Assembly: GCA_027622495.1 (NCBI GenBank)
Contig: JAQBYL010000001.1
Coordinates: 1-55,109, forward strand
Direction of reading: 5' to 3'
DNA from: Pseudomonadota bacterium
Lineage (GTDB): Bacteria; Pseudomonadota; Gammaproteobacteria; Pseudomonadales; Azotimanducaceae
Length of the DNA stretch: 55,109 bases
Of this stretch, positions 45,788 through 54,214 are shown piece after piece. The notes beneath the pieces were generated by a model. The model was given only the letters and a program-made list of their open reading frames with translations, did no database searches and was not told the DNA's origin. Every line of letters starts with the position of its first letter. Position 1 is the first letter of the stretch. Both the position numbers and the translations under genes were made by a program.

Positions 45788-46690
45788 ATGCGCGATCATG
45801 AATGGCACGAGTACTACCAGGCCTTTCCGGAGTACTTTTCCGCAGCCACGGTGCGCGACGGCTGTCAGCCACAGAAACGCGAACATGCCGATCCGCGGGG
45901 TTCGATCGTTCTGGTTCATGGTCTGAGTGACTCCCCCTATTTCATGCAGACCATTGCCAGCCACTTCCATGAGCGGCATCACTACAACGTCTATCTTCCC
46001 CTTCTGCAGTGCCACGGTCTGAAAGAACCTGCGGGTATGGATGAAGTCACCGTAGAAGAATGGAAACGCAATGTAGCGTTCGCGCTCGATCAGGCGCATC
46101 AAGCCACCCCGGAGCACGTCTCGGTGGGTGGGCTCTCAACCGGAGGTGCTCTGAGCTTCTACAACGCAATTACCAACGCCAAGGTCAACGGCAACCTGTT
46201 TCTTTTTTCGGCCGCCCTGGGCCTGCTGTTCATGAACAATGGTCTGCTCGGCAGAATGAGTACCAGCCTGCTGAAGGTCGGGTTTCTCCAGCGATTTCTC
46301 GACAACAGAAATGATGAACGACCGCTGTTGGGTGATGATCCCTACAAGTACGAATACGTGGATCACGACGGCGCGCTGCAGTTGGTCAGACTGATCGACG
46401 AACTCAACGCGCTGAAAAAGCCGTTCAGCCAGACGCGACCATTGCCGGTGCGGGTTTTTGCTGCGCATTCAGAAGTTGACGATACCGCCAACATCAAGAG
46501 CATCAAAGACCTGGAAAAACGTGCCCGGCCGGGTGAGATGGACGCCTACTACATTGAGCGTGCAGCCAATGTGACTCATGCGGGGTTGGTGCTCGATCAG
46601 GACGTGATTGGTTTCAGTGGTGACGTCAAGGCGACACACAATGTCCGGTTTGACGAGATGATCCGGCGTATAGATTTGTTTATCGGTTGA
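45788..46690 (+). CDS. Alpha/beta hydrolase (lysophospholipase / S33-like)
   Basis: 'IVLVHGLSDSPYFM', the nucleophile elbow 'VGGLSTGGAL' and C-terminal 'HSEVDD' / 'THAGL' (Asp/His candidates) are present. Confidence 0.75.
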   Translation: MRDHEWHEYYQAFPEYFSAATVRDGCQPQKREHADPRGSIVLVHGLSDSPYFMQTIASHFHERHHYNVYLPLLQCHGLKEPAGMDEVTVEEWKRNVAFALDQAHQATPEHVSVGGLSTGGALSFYNAITNAKVNGNLFLFSAALGLLFMNNGLLGRMSTSLLKVGFLQRFLDNRNDERPLLGDDPYKYEYVDHDGALQLVRLIDELNALKKPFSQTRPLPVRVFAAHSEVDDTANIKSIKDLEKRARPGEMDAYYIERAANVTHAGLVLDQDVIGFSGDVKATHNVRFDEMIRRIDLFIG

Positions 46691-46733
46691 GTTATCGGTG
46701 TAGATTTGGTTGCGCGAGCTGGATGTGAGAGTG

Positions 46734-48749
46734 ATGAAAAACCCGTTCTTAATGCTTGCTGGCATTTTATTAGTCGGCTGCAGTCAACCAGTGCCACCGA
46801 CCAATACGGACTGGTCAACCTACCTCGGCGACAACGCCCGCCGGCACTACACCACACTCGACCAGATCACCCGAGAAAACGTAGCGACCCTCAAGCTCGC
46901 GTGGAAGTACGACTCAGGTGAGCTGCGCGGCAGCCGGTCGACCATGTATACCAGTCCGCTGGTGGTGGATGGGGTTCTGTACGGTCTTTCACCCAAACTG
47001 GTCGCGTTTGCGTTAGATGCGGCGAGTGGCACGGAGCTCTGGAGATATGACCCTGATCTGCCGCAGGCGCAGCGCGGCCTGATGTGGTGGCGCAGGGGTG
47101 AAGACCGGCGTCTGCTGTACACGGCCGGTAGCCAGCTCCTGGCATTGAACGCAGACGATGGCACGCCTGTCGAGACGTTTGGCGAACAAGGGCGCGTGGA
47201 TCTCACCCCGAAGGTGCCTGGTGCTTACATCGGCGTGACCGTGCCCGGGGTGGTTTTCGAAGATCTGATCATCGTCGGCTTTGCCACCAATGAAGACGCC
47301 AGCGCGTATCCCGGGTCTGTGCGTGCCTTTGATGCCGTTGACGGATCGCTGGTCTGGCAGTTCGACACCATCCCAGCGCCTGGCGCGCCGGGTTCTCAAA
47401 CCTGGGCTGAAGGGTCTCTGGAAAAAGCCGGTGGTGCGAATGTGTGGTCTGGCATGGCGCTGGACGAAGCGCGCGGCATTCTGTTTGCACCCACTGGTTC
47501 TGCTACACCGGATTTCTACGGGGCCGACCGTCTTGGTGACAATCTGTTCGCAAATTGTCTGCTCGCCATCAACGCTCGAACCGGTGAGCTGATCTGGCAC
47601 TATCAGATCGTGCGGCATGATCTGTGGGATCGCGATAACCCTTCACCTCCAACGCTCGTACAACTGGAACGTGATGGTCGATTGATCGATGCAGTGGCGC
47701 TTACTACCAAGTCAGGTCATCTGTATGTGTTCGACCGTGTGACCGGTGAGTCGATCTACCCGATCACGGAGGTGACCACACTGCCGAGCACAATGCCTGG
47801 GGAAGTTGCGGCACTTTCTCAACCCGTGTCTGCTGTCGCGTTCAGCCGCCAGCAGTTTGAGATCACCGACCGCAGTGAAGAGGCAGCGGAGCATGTAAGC
47901 AAGCAGATTGAAGGCTTTGATCTGCGGCCCTGGGCACCGCCGCAGGTCGGTGGGTTGATCATTCATCCGTGGTACGACGGTGGAGCGGAGTGGGGTGGCT
48001 CGGCGTTCGATCCCAGTACCCGTCGCCTGATCCTGAACGCCCAGGATGTATCGGGTGTTCTGGAAATGTTTACCGTCCCGGTTGGTTCGAGCCCCCAAGG
48101 CAGCTATATGCGGCATTGCGGAAGCTGTCACGGCCAGGATATGACCGGCACAGACACCGGTCCGGAACTAACGGGTGTGGCAGACCGCATTGGTTATGAG
48201 AAGGTTATTGAGGTGGTCAACAACGGCAGCGGTCGCATGCCGGGTTTTGCACAGCTTGATGAAGTCGAACGCCGCGGCGCACTGCGATACATCCTGAGCC
48301 CTGTTCCGCCTGAAGGTCCGCCAACGACAAAAGTCACCTACGCTCACGGCGGTTACTCCTACCTGCGTGACCATGATGGGCTGCCAGGGAACACTCCGCC
48401 GTGGGGGACGCTCAATTCAATTGATTTAGCCACTGGCGAGAGTCGATGGCAGGTGCCCTTCGGAAATTATCCGGCACATCCTGATCTCGGTCTGGGTGCT
48501 ATCAGTTACGGCGGACCGGTGGTCACGGCATCGGGTCTGATCTTTATCGCAGCCACACCGGATCGAAAGATCCGCGCCTACAACAGCGATAACGCTGAAA
48601 TTCTGTGGGAGGCTGAATTGAGCGCTGCTGGTTTTTCAACACCGGCGATCTACAGCGTTGCGGGTAAGCAATATGTGGTGATTGCGGCAGGTGGCGGACG
48701 TACCGGCCCGCCATCAGGTGCGGAGTACTTCGCCTTCAGTCTGCCGTGA
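46734..48749 (+). CDS. Lipoprotein PQQ-dependent dehydrogenase (glucose/quinate-dehydrogenase-like propeller) with an internally inserted cytochrome c domain
   Basis: Lipobox 'LLVGCS'. 'GSATPDFYGADRLGDNLFANCLLAINARTGE' and 'RHDLWDRDNPSPP' are present. CxxCH 'CGSCHG' lies at 48117-48131 with 'GRMPGF' downstream. Further blades follow: 'PPWGTLNSIDLATGESRWQVPFG' and 'IRAYNSDNAEILWE'. Confidence 0.85.
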   Translation: MKNPFLMLAGILLVGCSQPVPPTNTDWSTYLGDNARRHYTTLDQITRENVATLKLAWKYDSGELRGSRSTMYTSPLVVDGVLYGLSPKLVAFALDAASGTELWRYDPDLPQAQRGLMWWRRGEDRRLLYTAGSQLLALNADDGTPVETFGEQGRVDLTPKVPGAYIGVTVPGVVFEDLIIVGFATNEDASAYPGSVRAFDAVDGSLVWQFDTIPAPGAPGSQTWAEGSLEKAGGANVWSGMALDEARGILFAPTGSATPDFYGADRLGDNLFANCLLAINARTGELIWHYQIVRHDLWDRDNPSPPTLVQLERDGRLIDAVALTTKSGHLYVFDRVTGESIYPITEVTTLPSTMPGEVAALSQPVSAVAFSRQQFEITDRSEEAAEHVSKQIEGFDLRPWAPPQVGGLIIHPWYDGGAEWGGSAFDPSTRRLILNAQDVSGVLEMFTVPVGSSPQGSYMRHCGSCHGQDMTGTDTGPELTGVADRIGYEKVIEVVNNGSGRMPGFAQLDEVERRGALRYILSPVPPEGPPTTKVTYAHGGYSYLRDHDGLPGNTPPWGTLNSIDLATGESRWQVPFGNYPAHPDLGLGAISYGGPVVTASGLIFIAATPDRKIRAYNSDNAEILWEAELSAAGFSTPAIYSVAGKQYVVIAAGGGRTGPPSGAEYFAFSLP

Positions 48750-48769
48750 CCGAAAGGTTAAGCCTTCTC

Positions 48770-49900
48770 TCAGCCAAACTGATTGAGGGATTGCAGTTGT
48801 TCCGCCAGGTTTTTGTGCAGATGCACGATGGCCTTTTCAAATCGACCATAAGTGAAGTGCGTGTTAGCACCACTGGCGAGACCCGCCTGGATCGCCCGGA
48901 TCACGGCGTTATCTTCCAGCAGCCCGGTATCAGCAACGAAACTCGCGTCTTTTTTCGCCCGTTGAAGTGCTTCGGCATCATCGTCTCTGGCCGGCCCCAT
49001 CTTATAGTTCACAAATCGCGTCATGGTTGGTGAGATCGGTTCTGATATGGTGATGGACGTGTGGTTAGAAAGTACGGCGACTGAAGCAAACGGAAAGATG
49101 TTGTACACGTAGGTCACCATCCGATCGATCTTGCGCTCGGCTTCGGGCACCTCACGCAGCTTTTCGATCCGCCTGAACGGAAAGGTAATACGTGAATTGA
49201 TACCGTTGGTTTCGACCACGTTCAGATTGTCATAACCGTACGGATAAAACGTTTCGGGATGGGTGGGCTTGATGTGGTAGCCCTCCATGGTCGCTTCGAT
49301 GTTGAGCTTCCAGTTGATATCGCTGGTGTTTTCGCGACTATCGAAGATCTGGTAGTCGGCGGGCATCATCACAGGTGTGTCGAGCAGAGGCGCGCGTGTC
49401 AGTGGTTCTTCCTGGGTCACGAATACCAGACCGTTCTTGACCTCCGCAGTGACGGGCACCAGACCGTGTGTATCCTTGTCAAAATCAGGAAAACCATAGT
49501 CGTGCGGTATGTGCTCCAAACGTCCATCCAGGCGATAAGCCCACCCGTGGTAGCCACACTTCAGAACTTTCGCGCAACCTGAACCCTGAACGACCTGCAT
49601 GCCGCGGTGACGGCAGGCGTTTCGGAAAGCTCGAATGGTCCCATCCATTGTGCGCACCACTACGATAGGCACACCGGCAGCGACACGGGCGACATATGAC
49701 CCATTTTCGGGAAGTGCGGCAGTTGGACAGAACGGCACGGGCAGATGGCGCATGAGCTTGAGTTCTGCATTGAAACGGGCCATGGAGCTGTAGTTTTCTA
49801 CCGGTTCCTGCCAGTCCCGGTCACCCAGATCAGTGGTCTGATTGTCGATGTGGGAAAGGACCCGCGAGATGACTTCGGTATCTGATAGCAGCATGTCCAA
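48770..49900 (-). CDS. Rieske [2Fe-2S] aromatic-ring-hydroxylating oxygenase alpha subunit-like protein
   Basis: Rieske motif 'CRHRGMQV...(17 aa)...CGYHGWAY'. The catalytic-domain segment 'EGYHIKPTHPETF' is present. No adjacent beta subunit or reductase gene was seen. Confidence 0.85.
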   Translation of the reverse strand: MDMLLSDTEVISRVLSHIDNQTTDLGDRDWQEPVENYSSMARFNAELKLMRHLPVPFCPTAALPENGSYVARVAAGVPIVVVRTMDGTIRAFRNACRHRGMQVVQGSGCAKVLKCGYHGWAYRLDGRLEHIPHDYGFPDFDKDTHGLVPVTAEVKNGLVFVTQEEPLTRAPLLDTPVMMPADYQIFDSRENTSDINWKLNIEATMEGYHIKPTHPETFYPYGYDNLNVVETNGINSRITFPFRRIEKLREVPEAERKIDRMVTYVYNIFPFASVAVLSNHTSITISEPISPTMTRFVNYKMGPARDDDAEALQRAKKDASFVADTGLLEDNAVIRAIQAGLASGANTHFTYGRFEKAIVHLHKNLAEQLQSLNQFG

Positions 49901-50248
49901 CCTCTCACGCCAAGTTCGATCTTAAGATAAGTACAGTAGCACCCGACCGCTGTGGCGTCAGCCTGTCTTAATCGGTATTGGCCGCCTTATCTGTCGTGAC
50001 CAGCCGACCTGACCGTAAATCAGCATGCCATTGGTTGATGATGTATTCTCAGTGCGGGCGGCTACTCCAGACAAATAATCTGGTGCGTAGCATTGGCTGA
50101 ACAGGACAAAAAAGGAAAATAATTCGAATGGCACTCTTTGGTAAAAAGAAGGTGAAGACTTATCTGGAGCGCAACCCGGGCGCAACGGTCTACTACAATT
50201 CGTTGCTTTAAAGCCTCCGTTAAGGGTCTCTTTGAGCGTGCTAAGCAC

Positions 50249-51007
50249 ATGCTTAAGACGGCACCGCCTACCACCAATATCAGCTCCAAACTTTTTATGC
50301 TGCCGGGTTTTTTAAACACCACCAGCGTTGACACAATGTGGACTCGCGATGCAGGCAAGGGCTGGACCTACACTCAGAAACGCGACAACGTAGAAGCGCC
50401 TTTGTTTGGCTATAAAACGGACTGGAGTGTGCCCGTCAAGGAAGCAGCTCTGAACAGGCCCGTATACGCCGGGCTCAACTATGTCCGCCACCCCTATGGT
50501 TCGGCAGCAGCTTATGGCTCGGTGGTGTTGACTTTCGTGCCGGCGGTTACACAACGCGTCACCATTATTCATGCTGATACCTTCAGTTCGAGCTTTGGTC
50601 TCACCGACGGTACACCCACGGACGATCAGATCTTTGGCGTCAAGAAGAAGATTGCGACCATTGCCCAGGTTGAGACGATCATGGCGAACATGTCGAAAAA
50701 CCAACTGAAAGCTCTGATGGAATACACACTCACGCGTTACAACTACACCGAGCATCCACCGAACTATGTGGAGATTCATGTTCAAGGTGGCCTGGAATGG
50801 CAGCGTGATCTTCTCGAGATATCGGTGGCCACCTCTGGCGCGACCTCACTCGCCAGTGAATCAAAAGGTGTTACCGGTGGAGAGGCAGCGGTAAAAGCCA
50901 AGATCAAGGAGTTTGCGGAAAAGTTCGACGTGACCGCTAAGGTGTACGATGTTGAACGCGTGACCGAGGTACTCAATACGGGTGGGCGCTCGGCCAGAGT
51001 GGCTTGA
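50249..51007 (+). CDS. Hypothetical protein, DUF3626-like (tentative)
   Basis: The blocks 'RPVYAGLNY', 'YGSVVLTF...RVTIIHADTF' and 'NYVEIHVQGGLEWQRDLLEI' resemble my recollection of DUF3626 ('RPKYGALN', 'FG...L.L...R.TF...DS', 'YIEAHVHG'). No Shine-Dalgarno sequence precedes the ATG at 50249. See the finding on the upstream 27-codon ORF. Confidence 0.5.
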   Translation: MLKTAPPTTNISSKLFMLPGFLNTTSVDTMWTRDAGKGWTYTQKRDNVEAPLFGYKTDWSVPVKEAALNRPVYAGLNYVRHPYGSAAAYGSVVLTFVPAVTQRVTIIHADTFSSSFGLTDGTPTDDQIFGVKKKIATIAQVETIMANMSKNQLKALMEYTLTRYNYTEHPPNYVEIHVQGGLEWQRDLLEISVATSGATSLASESKGVTGGEAAVKAKIKEFAEKFDVTAKVYDVERVTEVLNTGGRSARVA

Positions 51008-51067
51008 TGGAATAGCGTGAAGCTGTGGCGTAAATTCGCCAGACGCATATGAGGCGATGGAGAGAGA

Positions 51068-51559
51068 GTGTCTGCTGACAAACTGGACCTGTGGATAGCC
51101 AAACAGGAGATTGCCGAATTGCGCCGTCGCTATGCGATCGCGACGGATCTCATCGCTACCCGTGAACCTGCCTCCATCGAGGCAGGCCGGACTATTTACC
51201 ACCAGATCTTCACCCCGAACGCTCAGCTTGCCGCCCAGGGTGTTGAAACTCAAACCGGGCCAGAAGCCTGGCTCGAGCTCGTGCTCAGATCACTGAAACC
51301 TTATGCATTTACTCAGCACCTGATCGGTACTCAGGTGGTTGATGTGCACTCTCTGCCCGGCCAGAATGTGGCAGGCCTGGCTTTGATGACCAGCTATTTA
51401 AACGCATGGCACGAATCTGCCGATCACGAACTTTGGACATTTCTCGGCACCTACGAGGATGTGGTTACTCACACTGCTGACGCTGGTTGGCAGATAGATC
51501 AGATGCAGCTCGTCAAGCTCAGCGATGAGGTGCGCAACGTATCACCCAGGACAGGTTAA
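51068..51559 (+). CDS. NTF2-like / SnoaL-like domain protein
   Basis: 163 aa. 'IAKQEIAELRRRYAIATDLI' matches the typical helix alpha1 of SnoaL_4/NTF2 proteins. GTG start. The stop is 2 nt before the nitroreductase start. Confidence 0.6.
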   Translation: MSADKLDLWIAKQEIAELRRRYAIATDLIATREPASIEAGRTIYHQIFTPNAQLAAQGVETQTGPEAWLELVLRSLKPYAFTQHLIGTQVVDVHSLPGQNVAGLALMTSYLNAWHESADHELWTFLGTYEDVVTHTADAGWQIDQMQLVKLSDEVRNVSPRTG

Positions 51560-51561
51560 CG

Positions 51562-52167
51562 ATGACTCTCGACGATGTGATGTACAACTGTCGGGCAATG
51601 CGCCGGATCAAGACAGACGAAGTGCCGGAAGAGCTGCTGCTTGAGTTGATTGACGCAGCGAACCAGGCGCCATCTGGATCGAACTCACAAAAAGCCCGGT
51701 GGGTTGTGGTGAGAGACCCTGCGATCAAGAAACAGCTTGCCGATCAGAATCGCCTGCACGCCGCTCCCTACATCGCCGCCGATGTGCAGAATCCGCGTAC
51801 GCCTAAGTTAAAACGGATGCTCGATGCAGTTGTCTGGCAGATGGATCACATGCATGAGATCCCAACCCTCATTGTGGCGTGTTTTGATTACCCGGAAAAA
51901 GTTGAGGGTCTGGGGGTGTACAGAAGCGCGGGCTCAGTATGGCCGGGAATTCAGAACCTGTTGCTGAAAGCGCGCTCGCTGGGCCTGGGTGCAGCTCCCA
52001 CTACGCTTGCGCTGCGGGATCAGGATGCGGTGCGCGCAATCCTGAAGTTACCTGAAACCTTCGCAGCGTTGTGCGTGATCCCGGTGGGTTATCCGATAGG
52101 CAACTTCGGTCCAGTCACCCGCAAACCCATTGCAGAGGTCATGCGGTTCGACGAATGGAATAGCTGA
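51562..52167 (+). CDS. Nitroreductase family protein
   Basis: 'CRAMRRIKTDEVPEELLLELIDAANQAPSGSNSQKARWVVV' and 'LLKARSLGLGA' are classical nitroreductase motifs. Confidence 0.85.
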   Translation: MTLDDVMYNCRAMRRIKTDEVPEELLLELIDAANQAPSGSNSQKARWVVVRDPAIKKQLADQNRLHAAPYIAADVQNPRTPKLKRMLDAVVWQMDHMHEIPTLIVACFDYPEKVEGLGVYRSAGSVWPGIQNLLLKARSLGLGAAPTTLALRDQDAVRAILKLPETFAALCVIPVGYPIGNFGPVTRKPIAEVMRFDEWNS

Positions 52168-52197
52168 CTGTCGGGCTCCCTGCATCGCCCGCGATTT

Positions 52198-54075
52198 TCA
52201 ATGATCCAGAAGATACTGCTCTGTGTGCACCACCTTGCTTTCGAGTAGTTCTAACATCTGGGCATAACGAGGATCATCTCGAACAGGTTGCCACCATTCG
52301 GCAACAAGCAGACTTTCGAGGAGTCGGGTGTTGTGGTCTTCAATGCCATCGTGGATCGATCGGAATGTACCATCCATGTTCCCGAGGGCGAGGTGACCCA
52401 TTGCGATCTGATAATGGTCAACCAGATCAAACCGCGGATCCGTCAGGATGCCCCGGGCTTTGTCAAATTCCTGTATGAAGGCAAACAGGGAAATGTAGCT
52501 CTCTGGATTTGAGAACTTCTCGTGTTGCCAAGCCTCGTAGATGAATGGTTTGGCGAGGTCGCTCTGCCCAAGCATGTGCAGACTGAAAGCGTGCGTCCTC
52601 AGTATAAGCACTCGATCTCGGTCTCCAACGGCTAACTTTAAACCTCGTCCGCTGGCTTCCAGAGCGCCTTCGTAGTCCCGACAAACACATCTGATCCACG
52701 CAACGAAGGCAAGAAACAGGGGGGTCTCTGGCACTTTGATTTTTGTCGCGCCTGCCAGACGCCTGATCGCTTCACCCGGCCTGCCTTCACGCACCGCAAT
52801 ACAAGCGAGGTGTAAGTCTAACCAGCCTGTATTCGGCCTGTACTTCAGATGTTCATTAATACCCGACGATGAGGCGGCATAGTCCAGATCCAGAGATAGT
52901 CGAATCTGGTTCGTAAGGACCGCGCCCCCGCTGATGGCATTTTCTACGCCGTGACCATGCGATTGTGCTGCAAGAGCTTTTTCGAGAGCTGCATGTGCCG
53001 CCGGGCGTGCTTCTTTGAGCGACATTCGCCCTCTGAAATGGCGCTGCAGATATGCGTTCGCCAGAAGTTCATGCGCTGCGCGGAAGCTGCTATCTGTTTC
53101 CACTGCATTCGTGAGAAACCGCACATATGTTTGCCAGTCTCCACCTTCACCCAGGAGCAGCTTTCTGTATTCATCCCGTGCGCTGACAAAGTGCGCAATT
53201 GCTTGCGGATTTTCTGTGCCACCCAGCTGATGGAGCGAGCTGCGTTGTCTCAGAAGATCAATTTCGATTTTGCTGTCTGCAATGTAAGCGATGTTGAGCG
53301 CGACCCCTGTCTGTGTATCGAACCCATCTCCAATGCCTTGTTCGTATGACTTCGACCAGATTTGAGTACCATTGTCGGTCCGGGTGAGTTGTGCGGTGAT
53401 ACGGAGATCCTGACCAACCTGGCGTACGCTGCCTTCCACGATGTAAGAGACACCAAGCTGTTTGCCGACCAGCGCAGGATTCTGGTCTCGAGAACCAAAA
53501 ACAGCCGATGCAGACAGAGAGATAACACGGGCATGATCGTTCTGAGACAGGCCCTCGAGGACGTCTTCCGAAAGACCCGCGGCGAAAAAGTGGGTTTCTT
53601 CACTTCCACTCAAGGATCTGAAAGGTAGAACCGCAACGGAGTGGTTTAGCTTCGACGAAGGTCGTTCGGACCCCGAATCACCTGCCTCCGGCTGCCCCAG
53701 GATCAGTCTGATACCGTCTTTGACAGCTTCTAACTCGCCCTCTGCTCGAGGCCATTCAAGCATCCGCGCCGTTTGCGCCATGCGGAATGCGAGCGGTGGT
53801 TTTACATCATCGATCAGCAAAGGAATCAGGATACCTCTCTCCAACCCCTCGTTCGCTTCGGTTTTCACCCATTGAGATCCAACTGAATGGGTGGACCAGA
53901 CAACGACGACACACCCTGCGGAATCCAATGCTTCTTCTATCTTGTCATGGAAACTGGGTCCGGCAACCAGGTCGCGATCCCACCAGACTTGCCAATGCTG
54001 TTCTTCCAGGACGGAGACAAGGGGTCTAACGCGCTCGAGGTCTTCAGAAGCGTAGGAAAGGAATATTTTGTTCAT
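52198..54075 (-). CDS. TIR domain protein fused to a TolB-N-like module and a TPR-like helical region
   Basis: N-terminus is 'IFLSYASEDLERVRPLVSVLEE...VWWD' and 'VVVVWSTHSVGSQWVKTEANEG' (TIR_2-type, Glu codon 53857-53859). This is followed by 'SVAVLPFRSLSGSEETHFFAAGLSEDVLEGLS...LGVSYIVEGSVRQVGQDLRITAQLTRTDNGTQIWSKSY', then about 370 aa of helical repeat. Confidence 0.8.
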   Translation of the reverse strand: MNKIFLSYASEDLERVRPLVSVLEEQHWQVWWDRDLVAGPSFHDKIEEALDSAGCVVVVWSTHSVGSQWVKTEANEGLERGILIPLLIDDVKPPLAFRMAQTARMLEWPRAEGELEAVKDGIRLILGQPEAGDSGSERPSSKLNHSVAVLPFRSLSGSEETHFFAAGLSEDVLEGLSQNDHARVISLSASAVFGSRDQNPALVGKQLGVSYIVEGSVRQVGQDLRITAQLTRTDNGTQIWSKSYEQGIGDGFDTQTGVALNIAYIADSKIEIDLLRQRSSLHQLGGTENPQAIAHFVSARDEYRKLLLGEGGDWQTYVRFLTNAVETDSSFRAAHELLANAYLQRHFRGRMSLKEARPAAHAALEKALAAQSHGHGVENAISGGAVLTNQIRLSLDLDYAASSSGINEHLKYRPNTGWLDLHLACIAVREGRPGEAIRRLAGATKIKVPETPLFLAFVAWIRCVCRDYEGALEASGRGLKLAVGDRDRVLILRTHAFSLHMLGQSDLAKPFIYEAWQHEKFSNPESYISLFAFIQEFDKARGILTDPRFDLVDHYQIAMGHLALGNMDGTFRSIHDGIEDHNTRLLESLLVAEWWQPVRDDPRYAQMLELLESKVVHTEQYLLDH

Positions 54076-54214
54076 TGTGGTTTAGATACTACTGCCGCAG
54101 CTTCTCACTGGCCAAGCCCTCTAAATGGCGGCCGTCTCGTCGATGACGCTGCCGTCATCGAGCGCGAGATGCTCACCCGTCGCGCATCGGGTGCCTGCGC
54201 TTTGTATTTCGGCC

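Noticed and set aside
52198-54075. Interpreting the TIR gene as ThsB of a Thoeris system.
   Set aside because: No ThsA (SIR2/SLOG or TM-Macro) gene or any other effector is adjacent. The neighbours are a nitroreductase and an exported protein of unknown function. It is kept only as an orphan TIR observation.
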